Position numbers and translations under genes: made by a program. This document shows positions 1 through 8,864 of a stretch of DNA of 44,025 nt, one piece after another (position 1 is the stretch's first letter; each line of letters starts with the position of its first letter). This DNA comes from a virus (lineage: Duplodnaviria > Heunggongvirae > Uroviricota > Caudoviricetes), in IMG/VR virus record IMGVR_UViG_2917408641_000004, one strand, 5' to 3'. The notes under the pieces are model-generated. The model was not told where the DNA came from and did no database searches. It saw only the letters and a program-made list of their open reading frames with translations.

Positions 1-19
1 CTATTTGATAAATATTAAA

Positions 20-1315
20 TTAATTTTTCATTGCTTCGTTATGGGGCATGGTTGGGGCAAACTCGCTTAACTGTGTATTTAACAAAGCTACCTGTGCATT
101 ATTGTTTTCAGACATCCATTTTCCGTATACCTGAAATACCATTTGCGCATCTGCATGGCCCATCTGGTTTGCTATAAATGCCGGGTTAGCACCAGCTGTC
201 AGCGACCAGCAGGCATAAGTATGTCTCGACTGATATGATTTTCGATGGCGGAGTCCGGCACGTTTTATCGCTGCGTCCCACATCTGCCTTATTGAGTCAA
301 CGGTAAAATGGTCACCATAATTTTTTACTCTCGCTGACACTTCAGGTTGAAAAACAAAGGTGCATTTATGTTTTTCTGTTCTGCCATACTCTCTGAGGTG
401 AACATCAATGATATGCTCTTTGCTCAGTCTCGTTAATGTCATCTGACTCCGGAGAGCGTCGATTGCTGGCTTAATAAGATGAATGACCCGATTGGTTCCC
501 GCCTGTGTTTTTGGTACCGTGAAACGGTCTTTTGCTAAATTTCTCCTGATCATCATTGTTCCATTTTTCAGATCTATGTCCTCCCATCCAAGTGCACACA
601 GCTCACCAGGGCGAACGCCAGTATAAACAGAAACACACCATAAATTTTTGGCTTGCTGATTTCTGCACGCATCGATAAGACGGATGAATTCCTCCCGCGA
701 AAGAGGATCCGGAATGGTTCTTGATTCCTTTAATGGCGAGATCCCCTTAAACGGGTTATCTGCCAGGTAACCGTTATCAACACCAAACTGGAACACGGCG
801 TTAAGATTTGTCATGTAATTATTTACAGTTACAGCCGATCTCCCTGGTTGTGTAACAATATAGTTACTTTTGGGGATCTGGTATCCAGTCAGTAGCTCTT
901 TACGAACCTCCAGTAATTTTTCTTTATTAATCGATGAGGCAAGATTTTTTTCACCGATTATGCTCAGGATATTTTTGATGACGGCACGGTATGTGTTGAG
1001 TGATGTTTTTGCGACTTCAGTTTCTTTCAGTGCCAGAAATTTTTCAGCCAGTTCTTTTATGGTTAAATCTTGTCGGGTCTCACCAAATTTTTCCAGATTG
1101 CGTGAGGAGGGAAACTGTTTTGCATAGTCGAAAACACCAGTTTTTATTGCGTAACAAACAGAGGCGCGTAGCTCACCTGCAACGCGCCTGTTTTTTGCTG
1201 TGTCAGGAACCCCCAGGTTTTCCCTGACTCTTACGCCTTTATAAACAAACCAGATACGTAATTTCCCTCCATGGTTTTCCACGCCTGTCGGATATTTCAT
1301 TTCAACTTCTCTCAT
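20..1315 (-). CDS. int: Phage tyrosine integrase
   Basis: 431-aa ORF; C-terminal catalytic region with tyrosine-recombinase signatures (..SRHTYACWSL.., ..MGHADAQMVFQVYGKW..); located at prophage edge next to an excisionase-like gene. Confidence 0.9.
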   Translation of the reverse strand: MREVEMKYPTGVENHGGKLRIWFVYKGVRVRENLGVPDTAKNRRVAGELRASVCYAIKTGVFDYAKQFPSSRNLEKFGETRQDLTIKELAEKFLALKETEVAKTSLNTYRAVIKNILSIIGEKNLASSINKEKLLEVRKELLTGYQIPKSNYIVTQPGRSAVTVNNYMTNLNAVFQFGVDNGYLADNPFKGISPLKESRTIPDPLSREEFIRLIDACRNQQAKNLWCVSVYTGVRPGELCALGWEDIDLKNGTMMIRRNLAKDRFTVPKTQAGTNRVIHLIKPAIDALRSQMTLTRLSKEHIIDVHLREYGRTEKHKCTFVFQPEVSARVKNYGDHFTVDSIRQMWDAAIKRAGLRHRKSYQSRHTYACWSLTAGANPAFIANQMGHADAQMVFQVYGKWMSENNNAQVALLNTQLSEFAPTMPHNEAMKN

Positions 1316-1334
1316 TAGTTAGTGTGGCTTTTAG

Positions 1335-1586
1335 TCAAGTAAGATGACGTCTTGGTCTTGCTGATGCCTGGCGCTCAATCCAGCGATCAATTTCTTCCAG
1401 GTTGTAAAAGCATGGACTGTTATCCCATGGCATACCGTCATGAGCGACATGCTTATATTCCCTTCCTTCCATAAACGATTTTTCCCGGGCCTTTTTTAAC
1501 GTACCTTTTTTTATTCCTTTCAGCGCAATTAACTGCTCTTCGGATACCCATTTGCCGGGAGAGACAATCATGATTACTTCGCTCAT
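1335..1586 (-). CDS. xis: Excisionase-like protein
   Basis: 83-aa ORF directly upstream of int on the same strand; small protein with the W..EG..W pattern seen in enterobacterial prophage excisionases. Confidence 0.6.
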   Translation of the reverse strand: MSEVIMIVSPGKWVSEEQLIALKGIKKGTLKKAREKSFMEGREYKHVAHDGMPWDNSPCFYNLEEIDRWIERQASARPRRHLT

Positions 1587-1658
1587 CGATTTCTTTATCT
1601 CTTACATCAGACGAGCGCCGGTTGCAGAATACCAGTCACAACCGGCGACAGTTGAACA

Positions 1659-4130
1659 TTAAGAATCAGCCTGACTCGGGATCAGTTTTTGCCAGATAAC
1701 TGAAACGTATTTTGCCTGGTAACGGGCGTCATCAAGTGCATTATGGCGCTCACCTTCGAATGGAATAGCCGTTCTGGCATCGAAGTCTATGGCTTTCCCC
1801 AGCTCAACGATTGTGCGTACATCGCGATCGTTGTAGTAACGCCACGGGCAGGGGATCCCCTGCCGTTCGTATGAACGGCGCAAAATCGTGTTGTCGAAGT
1901 TGGCTCCATTTCCCCAGACCTGAACAAAAAATTCACCGGAGTTTTCGTCGATAAATTCCCGCAATTGTAACAGTGCATCATCTAACGGGATTTCATCGGT
2001 CATAATGGCAGATTGCGCTTCGCGTGATTGCTTAAGCCACCATTTAATGGTGTCCCGATCAATGACTCCGCCAGCAGTTTCCAGATCGATAGTCTTACTA
2101 AATTCGGGTCCCATATCTCCGGTTTGCGGATCGAAAAATATTGCACCTATTGAGATGATCGGGGCATCAGGATTTTTTCCCATGGTTTCAAGGTCGATCA
2201 TTAGATGGTCACACGTCCTGCTGGTGGATGTGATTTCGTGATGACCGTTCACCTTAATTGAGTGATCTGCCGTCTCGCCAGTTTCATTATCGCTATTGTG
2301 ATGCTGATTGCCGCCAGTGTTCTCCTTGTGTGGATGTTCAGCGCCTTCCATTTCCTCCGGATCATCTTCCTGAACTTCAACCTGATACTCTTCATCGAAT
2401 GTTTCTTGGTATGTTGCGTCGCCCATCACCGCGCCACAATCAGGGCAGTTGCCGCCGCCGGTCTGACCGCAGGCGGTGCAGACTTTTTCCACTTCCTGTT
2501 GCGCCACTGGTTCAGGCTGTTTCGTTTCTGGCTCGTTTTGTAACGCATTTGGGCTGTTTTGTTCCGCTTTTTGGTAGTTCCGTTCCGATTCATGCTGGTT
2601 CTGGTTCACAGAATCGCGGGTCTGGATCCCCTTAACCCATTTCGGATCATTCGGGTCACTAATCCCTTCAACAAATTCACCACGTGATGCAGCAAGCAAC
2701 TTATCGGCGTCAGGCTGGCTGATATTGGCTGCCTGCATAATTTTGTTTACTTCGTCAGCGGTAACTTTTATCGGCTCTGGTTGTTCTGAATCTTCAGCGG
2801 TATCTACATTTTGCGGTAAGCCCGTGTATGTGCCATTTTTTCGGGCAAAATATTCTTCTTTTGTGATTTCAGTGGCGCCAGCAGCCAGTGCCTTATCCAG
2901 ACCAGAAAGTTTGTTTGCGCGACCGTATTTTTCTCCGTCCTTATCTGCGAAGAGGAAATAGAACGGCCCCTCACGCTCTACAGATGGTTCAGCTTCCGGC
3001 GCGGTTTCATTTTTTGGGATATCAGATACCTCAGTTTCCACTGCATCAGTTTGTGTTTCTGATGACTGGAGAACATCAACAGTGCCTAGGTCTGTTTCTT
3101 CATTCTCAAACACGCCCTTTGTCGTCAGGTATTCGCAGATATATTTGTTCAGTGCTACGGGATCTTTGTGAATGTCGATCGGACGCTCACGGACAAGGCC
3201 AAAAATAGTTTGGCGGTCGTAGCGAAGGGCATCAGGCTGTTTGCGCATTGATGCCGAGATACGCTTCCAGTCTTCGCGGTCGTTGTCGATAACTTCTTTT
3301 TTTGCCCAGCGATGGATGCTGCCGTCAATGTTTCCGGCATCCACATCACCAGGCCAGAGAGCGTAGGCCAGTTCGTCATCCAGTGTTTTCCATGTCTGCT
3401 TGTATTCGCGATGAATGGCAGCAATGACCGGGCTGATTTTTCCTGTTGAATTTTCAGTGTACTGTTGATTGGCTCTGGCGCGGGCGAGATCAACAACAGA
3501 CGTGTATTTTCCGGTTTCCTTGCGTTCACCTTCGCGACGTTTTTTCCAGATGCGCATCTCTGCCTGAATTTCGGGCCATTTAGCACCAGGAATACATTTA
3601 TGCTTAACCCACCCAATGGCGTGCAACTTAAGCTCCGGATACATGGCGTTAACTTCTGGCATTTTCATCAACGCTTCAACGATATGTCCGTCGAATGTTG
3701 CCATGTCTTCCTGCAACAATTCCTGTGCGCTAATAACCATATCAACGGTGATGTTTTCACATGTGTCGAACTTAACCATGACAGCGTTCTGTACTTCAGG
3801 GGCCAGCTTGTCAAAAGTGACGTTCATCGGATCGGATTCAGTCTCAACCGGGACAAAAGAAGCAGACTCCTCATCCCAGCGGTTTTCCTGCATATATTCA
3901 GCATCCCATGAATCGAGGGCAGGGCGGGGTATGCCAGGTTTATCCTCGCAGACAATAAATTTATAAGCGCAGTCCTGAGCAGCCGGATAATGTTCCAGGA
4001 ACTGCCAGTGAAATTTTGCTCGAGCACGGCGTTCGTCGCCAGCTTCAATGGCTGTGGCTACAGCCACAGCGCCTTCTTCCCTTGTTGCCAGTTCGTCAGG
4101 AATAGCGGCGCAAATAAAGACTTTACTCAT
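1659..4130 (-). CDS. Large phage exonuclease with C-terminal DEDDh 3'-5' exonuclease domain
   Basis: 823-aa ORF; C-terminal ~190 aa carry Exo I/II/III-like motifs (MIDLETMG, WGNGANFD, HNALDDARY); central Cys4 cluster CTACGQ..CPDCG; occupies the recombination-gene position. Confidence 0.75.
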   Translation of the reverse strand: MSKVFICAAIPDELATREEGAVAVATAIEAGDERRARAKFHWQFLEHYPAAQDCAYKFIVCEDKPGIPRPALDSWDAEYMQENRWDEESASFVPVETESDPMNVTFDKLAPEVQNAVMVKFDTCENITVDMVISAQELLQEDMATFDGHIVEALMKMPEVNAMYPELKLHAIGWVKHKCIPGAKWPEIQAEMRIWKKRREGERKETGKYTSVVDLARARANQQYTENSTGKISPVIAAIHREYKQTWKTLDDELAYALWPGDVDAGNIDGSIHRWAKKEVIDNDREDWKRISASMRKQPDALRYDRQTIFGLVRERPIDIHKDPVALNKYICEYLTTKGVFENEETDLGTVDVLQSSETQTDAVETEVSDIPKNETAPEAEPSVEREGPFYFLFADKDGEKYGRANKLSGLDKALAAGATEITKEEYFARKNGTYTGLPQNVDTAEDSEQPEPIKVTADEVNKIMQAANISQPDADKLLAASRGEFVEGISDPNDPKWVKGIQTRDSVNQNQHESERNYQKAEQNSPNALQNEPETKQPEPVAQQEVEKVCTACGQTGGGNCPDCGAVMGDATYQETFDEEYQVEVQEDDPEEMEGAEHPHKENTGGNQHHNSDNETGETADHSIKVNGHHEITSTSRTCDHLMIDLETMGKNPDAPIISIGAIFFDPQTGDMGPEFSKTIDLETAGGVIDRDTIKWWLKQSREAQSAIMTDEIPLDDALLQLREFIDENSGEFFVQVWGNGANFDNTILRRSYERQGIPCPWRYYNDRDVRTIVELGKAIDFDARTAIPFEGERHNALDDARYQAKYVSVIWQKLIPSQADS

Positions 4131-4223
4131 TTTGTTTTAACCTCATGACAGATTTAAGGATGAACAAATCCCTGCCATTGCTGGCATATAAGAATGAAAC
4201 CGGATATTTATTACGGAACTGTT

Positions 4224-4415
4224 TTAAAGACCTGCCGGGATTTCGATATTATCCAGGTGAATAACTTTATCGACCGGGTAACAGTTACCGGGAATTTTCT
4301 GTTCGGTTGCTGCAGTCATACACTCCTGCATTGTCCTGTGAACACTGACTGCAATATCAACTGGCTCTCCGGAAACAAGAAAAACTGTCAGAACAAGCGC
4401 AAATGCTGAATTCAT
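4224..4415 (-). CDS. Small hypothetical protein with N-terminal signal peptide
   Basis: 63 aa from ATG at 4415 (SD AAGGA 8 nt upstream); hydrophobic N-terminus MNSAFALVLTVFLVSG; ATGA overlap with upstream gene suggests translational coupling. Confidence 0.5.
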   Translation of the reverse strand: MNSAFALVLTVFLVSGEPVDIAVSVHRTMQECMTAATEQKIPGNCYPVDKVIHLDNIEIPAGL

Positions 4416-4600
4416 TGTGCACATCCTTTTGGCATCAGACGTAAACGAGCCAGCATTGAAACAATGCATATTTTATTTAATAGCTCCCGTTCTTGTTTTC
4501 TCTTGTTAATGGCATCTTCAGTAAATACAGGGTTACTGATAGTGACACCAATTTCAAAACAACCTTCAGACGTATTAACGTTTGGTAATAACGTTTTCAT
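4412..4600 (-). CDS. Small hypothetical early protein
   Basis: 62 aa from ATG at 4600 with SD GAGGA 7 nt upstream; stop overlaps start of next gene (ATGA). Confidence 0.5.
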   Translation of the reverse strand: MKTLLPNVNTSEGCFEIGVTISNPVFTEDAINKRKQERELLNKICIVSMLARLRLMPKGCAQ

Positions 4601-5102
4601 TATCGCGTCCTCAACAATGAATTTTGTGATGCAGTGCCTGGTGCCTCCAGGTGACGTTAACCAGTTAACAATTAACGCCGGATACAGAGAATCCACCCAT
4701 AACACTGTTTTTGGTTTTAACTGTTCCGCGTGCGCTTAGCCGCATTCACCGCATCACAAAATTCACTTTAAAAACGGCGGCAGAGCAGTCACGGAGTAAA
4801 ACTGATACCGCCAAACGTCACCAGAAAATTGATAACAGAGGGCGTTGCAGCGGGGTTGTCACTTAAGCGTATGGTCAACCTGACAACTCGGTGTCCTCAA
4901 CGGGGAAGGAATAACCCCGCCATACTTACCGCCGCGCCATTTCGCGGGTTGCCACAACCGGAAGCGCACGGTCGAATTAAATTTAACGACACCGTACAGT
5001 GAGACGAACTTCGCCGTGCGCTTTCGTGTTGTGTGCCTGCTTTTAACCACGTCAGGCGAGGTGGTATCCTTCTTATCCCGAATAACCAAGAAGGAAATCT
5101 AT

Positions 5103-5303
5103 ATGACTAAAGAAGAATTTGTCTCTTATATTTTTGATAAAACGGTTGAAATGTATGCCGCTACTTACGGGTCCTGTAATCCTCTGAATAAACCAGAGGG
5201 GAAAGATGATTTCGACAAAATTTACCGCTTCTTGGAGGACCGCTATATCAAAAGGTTAGAGGACGCAGGGATCAAATCCCCAGTGAAGTCACCATTGTCC
5301 TGA
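5103..5303 (+). CDS. Small hypothetical protein
   Basis: 66 aa from ATG 5103 with SD AAGGAA; transcribed opposite to the flanking early genes. Confidence 0.45.
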   Translation: MTKEEFVSYIFDKTVEMYAATYGSCNPLNKPEGKDDFDKIYRFLEDRYIKRLEDAGIKSPVKSPLS

Positions 5304-5366
5304 GAACTTGCAGGACGTCATGATCGTAACTTCCATCCAAACCGCGACGGCAAATTGCTTCTCGTA

Positions 5367-5636
5367 TTACCGGAAGCAGTTCGCTGGAAATCTCGGTGAT
5401 ATTTCACCTGATAATACGCCTGGCTCAAGTGAGAATATTGGTGAACTTACGCTCTTGGTCTCGACAGTTTCAGAGTCAGTGCCAACATTATAAAGCTCAA
5501 CGAAAGCGGTCTTGATTTTCCGGGCCAGATCTTTTGCTGGCTCGCTTGCAATATCTTTCCCGATTTCTCGCAGCACAGAATGCAATGTATGAGCTGCTGT
5601 TTTCTGTACATCAGACGGTAAATCTTTAAATTCCAT
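5367..5636 (-). CDS. Small hypothetical early protein
   Basis: 89 aa from ATG at 5636 preceded by GAGG; overlaps stop of upstream gene. Confidence 0.45.
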   Translation of the reverse strand: MEFKDLPSDVQKTAAHTLHSVLREIGKDIASEPAKDLARKIKTAFVELYNVGTDSETVETKSVSSPIFSLEPGVLSGEISPRFPANCFR

Positions 5637-5647
5637 CGTCAGCCTCA

Positions 5648-5800
5648 TCAGTCAGTGTTTCTGGCTAACCAGCAACGCGCGCCAGATTCGGTTTTAAACG
5701 TTTTGCTTTTGGTATATGTCATCGCGGTGAACGTACCGTCCTGGTTGGGGAACACGCCACATACCAGAGATTCGCTGTTGCCAAGATCGATAGTATCCAT
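5648..5800 (-). CDS. Small hypothetical early protein
   Basis: 50 aa from ATG at 5800 preceded by GAGG. Confidence 0.4.
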   Translation of the reverse strand: MDTIDLGNSESLVCGVFPNQDGTFTAMTYTKSKTFKTESGARCWLARNTD

Positions 5801-5966
5801 GCTGACCTCATTTCCCCTTAACGCCGGGGTAGCGGAACTGTTTGCTGAGAACACCGTGCGGTGTGTTGATGCAAACAAGATTAGCTATGACTAACATATT
5901 GGTCAAGTGATTTTGTATGTTATGACTAACATAATTAATGTAGTAAAAGATAACTCATTGATGATG

Positions 5967-6374
5967 TTATCTTTTATTTGTCCGCTGACGGGCTTTTAGT
6001 AATTCTTCAAAGAGTTTATTGAAGTTTTTTACTCGAGCTCGCATTTCGGCGAGCTGGGTATCCTGTTCTGATTCTGGCAGTGCATTAAACAGCTCAAGGA
6101 GCTCTAGTTCTTTGGGAGATAAGGCAACTGGCTTCTCAACAGGTGGTGTTGGTTGCTTGTCTTCATCGCCAAATAGAATCCATGTTGGTGAGCATTGCAA
6201 TACTTTGCTGAGGGCAAAAAGGTTCTTCCCTGTAGGTTCACTATCATCCCGTTCCCATTGTGATACAGACACATGGGAGATTTTCAGGGCTTTAGCAAGA
6301 GACCTTTGGGTGTGTTTGAGGTTTTTCCGACGATACCTAATGCGTTCGCCGATAGTTAAATTTTTTGTATCCAT
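5967..6374 (-). CDS. Prophage repressor, HTH XRE family (RacR/CI-like, no S24 peptidase domain)
   Basis: 135 aa; N-terminal helix-turn-helix (QRSLAKALKISHVSVSQWER); divergently arranged with a cro-like gene across an operator-like palindromic intergenic region. Confidence 0.8.
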   Translation of the reverse strand: MDTKNLTIGERIRYRRKNLKHTQRSLAKALKISHVSVSQWERDDSEPTGKNLFALSKVLQCSPTWILFGDEDKQPTPPVEKPVALSPKELELLELFNALPESEQDTQLAEMRARVKNFNKLFEELLKARQRTNKR

Positions 6375-6457
6375 AGTTAGCTAATGCTAAATCGTATTGA
6401 CTATGTTTTTGTTAACATCTATTTTGTTAGTTATAACTAACAATCAAGGTGTTTTAA
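6375..6457. promoter_or_regulatory. Divergent promoter/operator region of the immunity switch
   Basis: 83-bp intergenic region between repressor and cro-like starts; perfect 20-bp palindrome TTGTTAGTTATAACTAACAA at 6424-6443 plus shorter palindromes TTAGCTAA and TGTTAACA; TTGACT -35-like hexamer at 6397. Confidence 0.5.
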
Positions 6458-6688
6458 ATGCTTAAAACTGACGCTCTTTTGTATTTCGGTTCAAAAACAA
6501 AACTTGCACAAGCAGCTGGTATTCGTTTGGCTTCGCTTTATAGCTGGAAAGGGGATTTAGTTCCCGAAGGTCGCGCGATGCGTCTACAGGAGGCATCTGG
6601 CGGGGAGCTTCAGTATGACCCCAAAGTTTATGACGAATATCGTAAGACGAAGCGGGCGGGGCGGTTGAACAATGAAAATCACTCCTGA
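6458..6688 (+). CDS. Cro/YdaS-like HTH regulator
   Basis: 76 aa; SD AAGGTG upstream; HTH-like segment KLAQAAGIRLASLYSW; divergent from repressor as in Rac racR-ydaS. Confidence 0.7.
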   Translation: MLKTDALLYFGSKTKLAQAAGIRLASLYSWKGDLVPEGRAMRLQEASGGELQYDPKVYDEYRKTKRAGRLNNENHS

Positions 6689-7193
6689 ACAGGCTCGTGA
6701 GGCTCTGGATGCCTGGATATGTCGACCAGGAATGACACAGGAGCAGGCGACGATATTAATCACTGAAGCATTCTGGGCTTTGAAAGAGCGCCCGAACATC
6801 GATGTTAAGCGTGTCACAGATGAAGGTGGCGCGGTTGATCAGCGAGCGCTTGGCGTTAATCGAGTGAAGATATTCGAACGCTGGAAGGCTATCGACACCA
6901 GGGATAAGCGTGAAAAGTTCATGGCGCTAGTGCCTGCAATTATGGAGGCTATCCGGATTAATGATTTCAGGTTATATCGTGAAATTAGTGACGGAAAAAG
7001 CATCACGTATATGATCGCCGGGTTAAACAAAGAATATGGCGATGTGGTGGAGTCCGGACTGCTTTTTGCTGATCCTGCCGTAGTGGATCGTGAAACTGAC
7101 GAACTTATAGAAAAAGCAATTGCTTTCAAGCTTGCGTATCGACAGCAATACCAACAAAAAGCTGGATGGAATTATGAGTCTTCTTTTTGCTGA
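6672..7193 (+). CDS. YdaT/CII-like protein
   Basis: 173 aa; start overlaps end of cro-like gene by 17 nt; position and size match the second gene of Rac-type ydaS-ydaT pairs; family assignment by synteny only. Confidence 0.5.
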   Translation: MKITPEQAREALDAWICRPGMTQEQATILITEAFWALKERPNIDVKRVTDEGGAVDQRALGVNRVKIFERWKAIDTRDKREKFMALVPAIMEAIRINDFRLYREISDGKSITYMIAGLNKEYGDVVESGLLFADPAVVDRETDELIEKAIAFKLAYRQQYQQKAGWNYESSFC

Positions 7194-8139
7194 ACGCCCA
7201 CTGGTTATAAACACACAGCTTGCGATGAAGATTGGCTTAAACGAGGCCATTGTGTTGCAGCAGTTGCATTACTGGTTGAGAGATACTAATTCCGGTATGG
7301 AATGTGATGGTGTCCGCTGGATTTATAACACAACGGAACAATGGCTGGAACAGTTCCCATTCTGGTCAGAGTCAACGTTAAAGCGCGCGTTTGCAAGTCT
7401 GAAAACGCTGGGGCTTTTGCGTTGCGAAAAGCTCAATAAATCAAAGCGCGACATGACCAATTTCTACACGATCAACTATGGGTGCGAGCTTTTAGATGGT
7501 GGTAAATTGAGCGTATCCATCGGTTCAAAATGCGCTGCTCCATCAGGTCTAAATGATACGATGGAAGAGGTCAAAATGAAACGCTCCATTGGTTCAAAAC
7601 GACCCAATGTCATCGGGTCAAAATGGCCTGATGATCTTACAGAGAATACAACAGAGATTACTACAGAGAATAAAAACACTTTTCGTCCGGAAGCTTCGCA
7701 ACCGGACCCGCAGACGACTGAACAGGATTTTTTAACCCGGAACTCCGACGCGGTTGTGTTTAGTGCGAAAAAACGCCAGTGGGGTAGCAGGGAGGATTTG
7801 GCGTGTGCGCAGTGGATCTGGGGGCGGATCGTGGGTCTCTACGAACAGGCAGCCAGTGATGATGGCGAGATCATGCGACCAAAAGAGCCTAACTGGACTG
7901 CCTGGGCCAATGACGTGCGCACAATGCGGATGCTGGATGGCAGAAGCCACAGACAAATTTGCGAAATGTTTGGTCGGGTTCAGCGAGATCCATTCTGGGT
8001 AAAAAACATCATGAGCCCGTCAAAGCTCCGCGAAAAATGGGACGAACTGGTCATCCGCCTGGGACGTTCACCTGTACAGCGTTGTGTTAATCATATTTCT
8101 GAACCGGATACAGAAATTCCGCCTGGTTTCAGAGGATAA
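7174..8139 (+). CDS. Phage replication initiator (O-like N-terminus, DnaT-like C-terminus)
   Basis: ATG at 7174 (an alternative TTG start at 7120 exists); iteron repeats lie inside the coding region, encoding repeated IGSK peptides; C-terminus ..VNHISEPDTEIPPGFRG matches the C-terminal signature of primosomal protein DnaT. Confidence 0.7.
   Translation: MSLLFAERPLVINTQLAMKIGLNEAIVLQQLHYWLRDTNSGMECDGVRWIYNTTEQWLEQFPFWSESTLKRAFASLKTLGLLRCEKLNKSKRDMTNFYTINYGCELLDGGKLSVSIGSKCAAPSGLNDTMEEVKMKRSIGSKRPNVIGSKWPDDLTENTTEITTENKNTFRPEASQPDPQTTEQDFLTRNSDAVVFSAKKRQWGSREDLACAQWIWGRIVGLYEQAASDDGEIMRPKEPNWTAWANDVRTMRMLDGRSHRQICEMFGRVQRDPFWVKNIMSPSKLREKWDELVIRLGRSPVQRCVNHISEPDTEIPPGFRG
7517..7625. repeat. 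Replication origin iterons (five approx. 23-bp-spaced repeats) followed by A-rich region
   Basis: Repeats CCATCGGTTCAAAATG (7517), CCATCAGGTCTAAATG (7540), GAGGTCAAAATG (7567), CCATTGGTTCAAAACG (7586), TCATCGGGTCAAAATG (7610); followed by ACAGAGA(A/T)TA triplicate in an A-rich stretch to about 7685. Confidence 0.6.
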
Positions 8140-8179
8140 GTGTTGATTTCAGGTCATGAGGTAATTTTAAGGGGGACTT

Positions 8180-8602
8180 GTGGCAAAAGTTTTTACACAA
8201 GAAGAGCGGGAAAAAATTAAAGGGCAGGTGGTGGAACTCGTGCGCCAGAGCGGTCGTGAGACGTTACGGCAACTGGAAGCTAAAACAGGTGCGACTAGAT
8301 ATCTGATGAGCGTTCTTGCCAGAGAGCTGGTAGCCAGTGGCGATGTATACAACTCCGGCTACGGGTTATTCCCGTCTGAACAGGCGCGTAAGGACTGGCA
8401 AAACGCCCGCAAAAAACTCTCGAGGGCAAAGGTGAAGAAACCTGCTGTGGTTGATCCGGACCTTATCTGGTCATTACCTGACGGAGAAATACGCCGCTAC
8501 GACAGTCGTCTAAACATAATCTGTCGCGAGTGCCGGAAGAGCGAAGTTATGCAGCGTGTTCTGACGTTTTATCAGGGGAATTATCGGGAGGTGATGCTGT
8601 GA
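8180..8602 (+). CDS. Hypothetical phage protein
   Basis: 140 aa; GTG start preceded by strong SD AAGGGGG. Confidence 0.5.
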   Translation: MAKVFTQEEREKIKGQVVELVRQSGRETLRQLEAKTGATRYLMSVLARELVASGDVYNSGYGLFPSEQARKDWQNARKKLSRAKVKKPAVVDPDLIWSLPDGEIRRYDSRLNIICRECRKSEVMQRVLTFYQGNYREVML

Positions 8603-8832
8603 GTACATCGGCTACCATTCTCGACATGTGCTGTGGCAGTCGCATGCTCTGGTTCGATAAGAATGACGAATGGTCGATATTTAGCGATATCAGGAAAGAG
8701 GAACATTCGCTATGTGATGGACGTCACCCGATTATTAATCCCGACATTATCGCTGATTTTCGTGCGCTGCCGTGGTTGTCTGCTTTGCATCAAAAGCAGA
8801 CATTACCAGATTTAGACATCTGTTTCCGATAG
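8600..8832 (+). CDS. Small ORF with SAM-methyltransferase motif I-like segment (possible gene fragment)
   Basis: About 77 aa from GTG 8600 (SD GGAGG upstream); segment [13 protein letters not shown] resembles MTase motif I but the protein is far too short to be a complete methyltransferase. Confidence 0.3.
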
Positions 8833-8864
8833 CCCGTTCTGATGCTACACTTTTTGCTATTTTC

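Noticed and set aside
4859-5089. 76-aa minus-strand ORF in the 4740-5100 intergenic region
   Set aside because: Highly basic, overlaps the inverted-repeat structure and the RBS of the plus-strand ORF 5103; no start-site support.
7517-7625. Possible CRISPR-like repeat array
   Set aside because: Repeats are about 16 bp with about 23-bp spacing, imperfect and inside a coding region; they fit replication-origin iterons, not CRISPR repeats and spacers.
8772-8864. Upstream in-frame extension of queH from ATG 8772
   Set aside because: The extension overlaps the preceding ORF and adds non-conserved sequence before the QueH N-terminal motif; ATG 8865 gives a product of typical QueH length.
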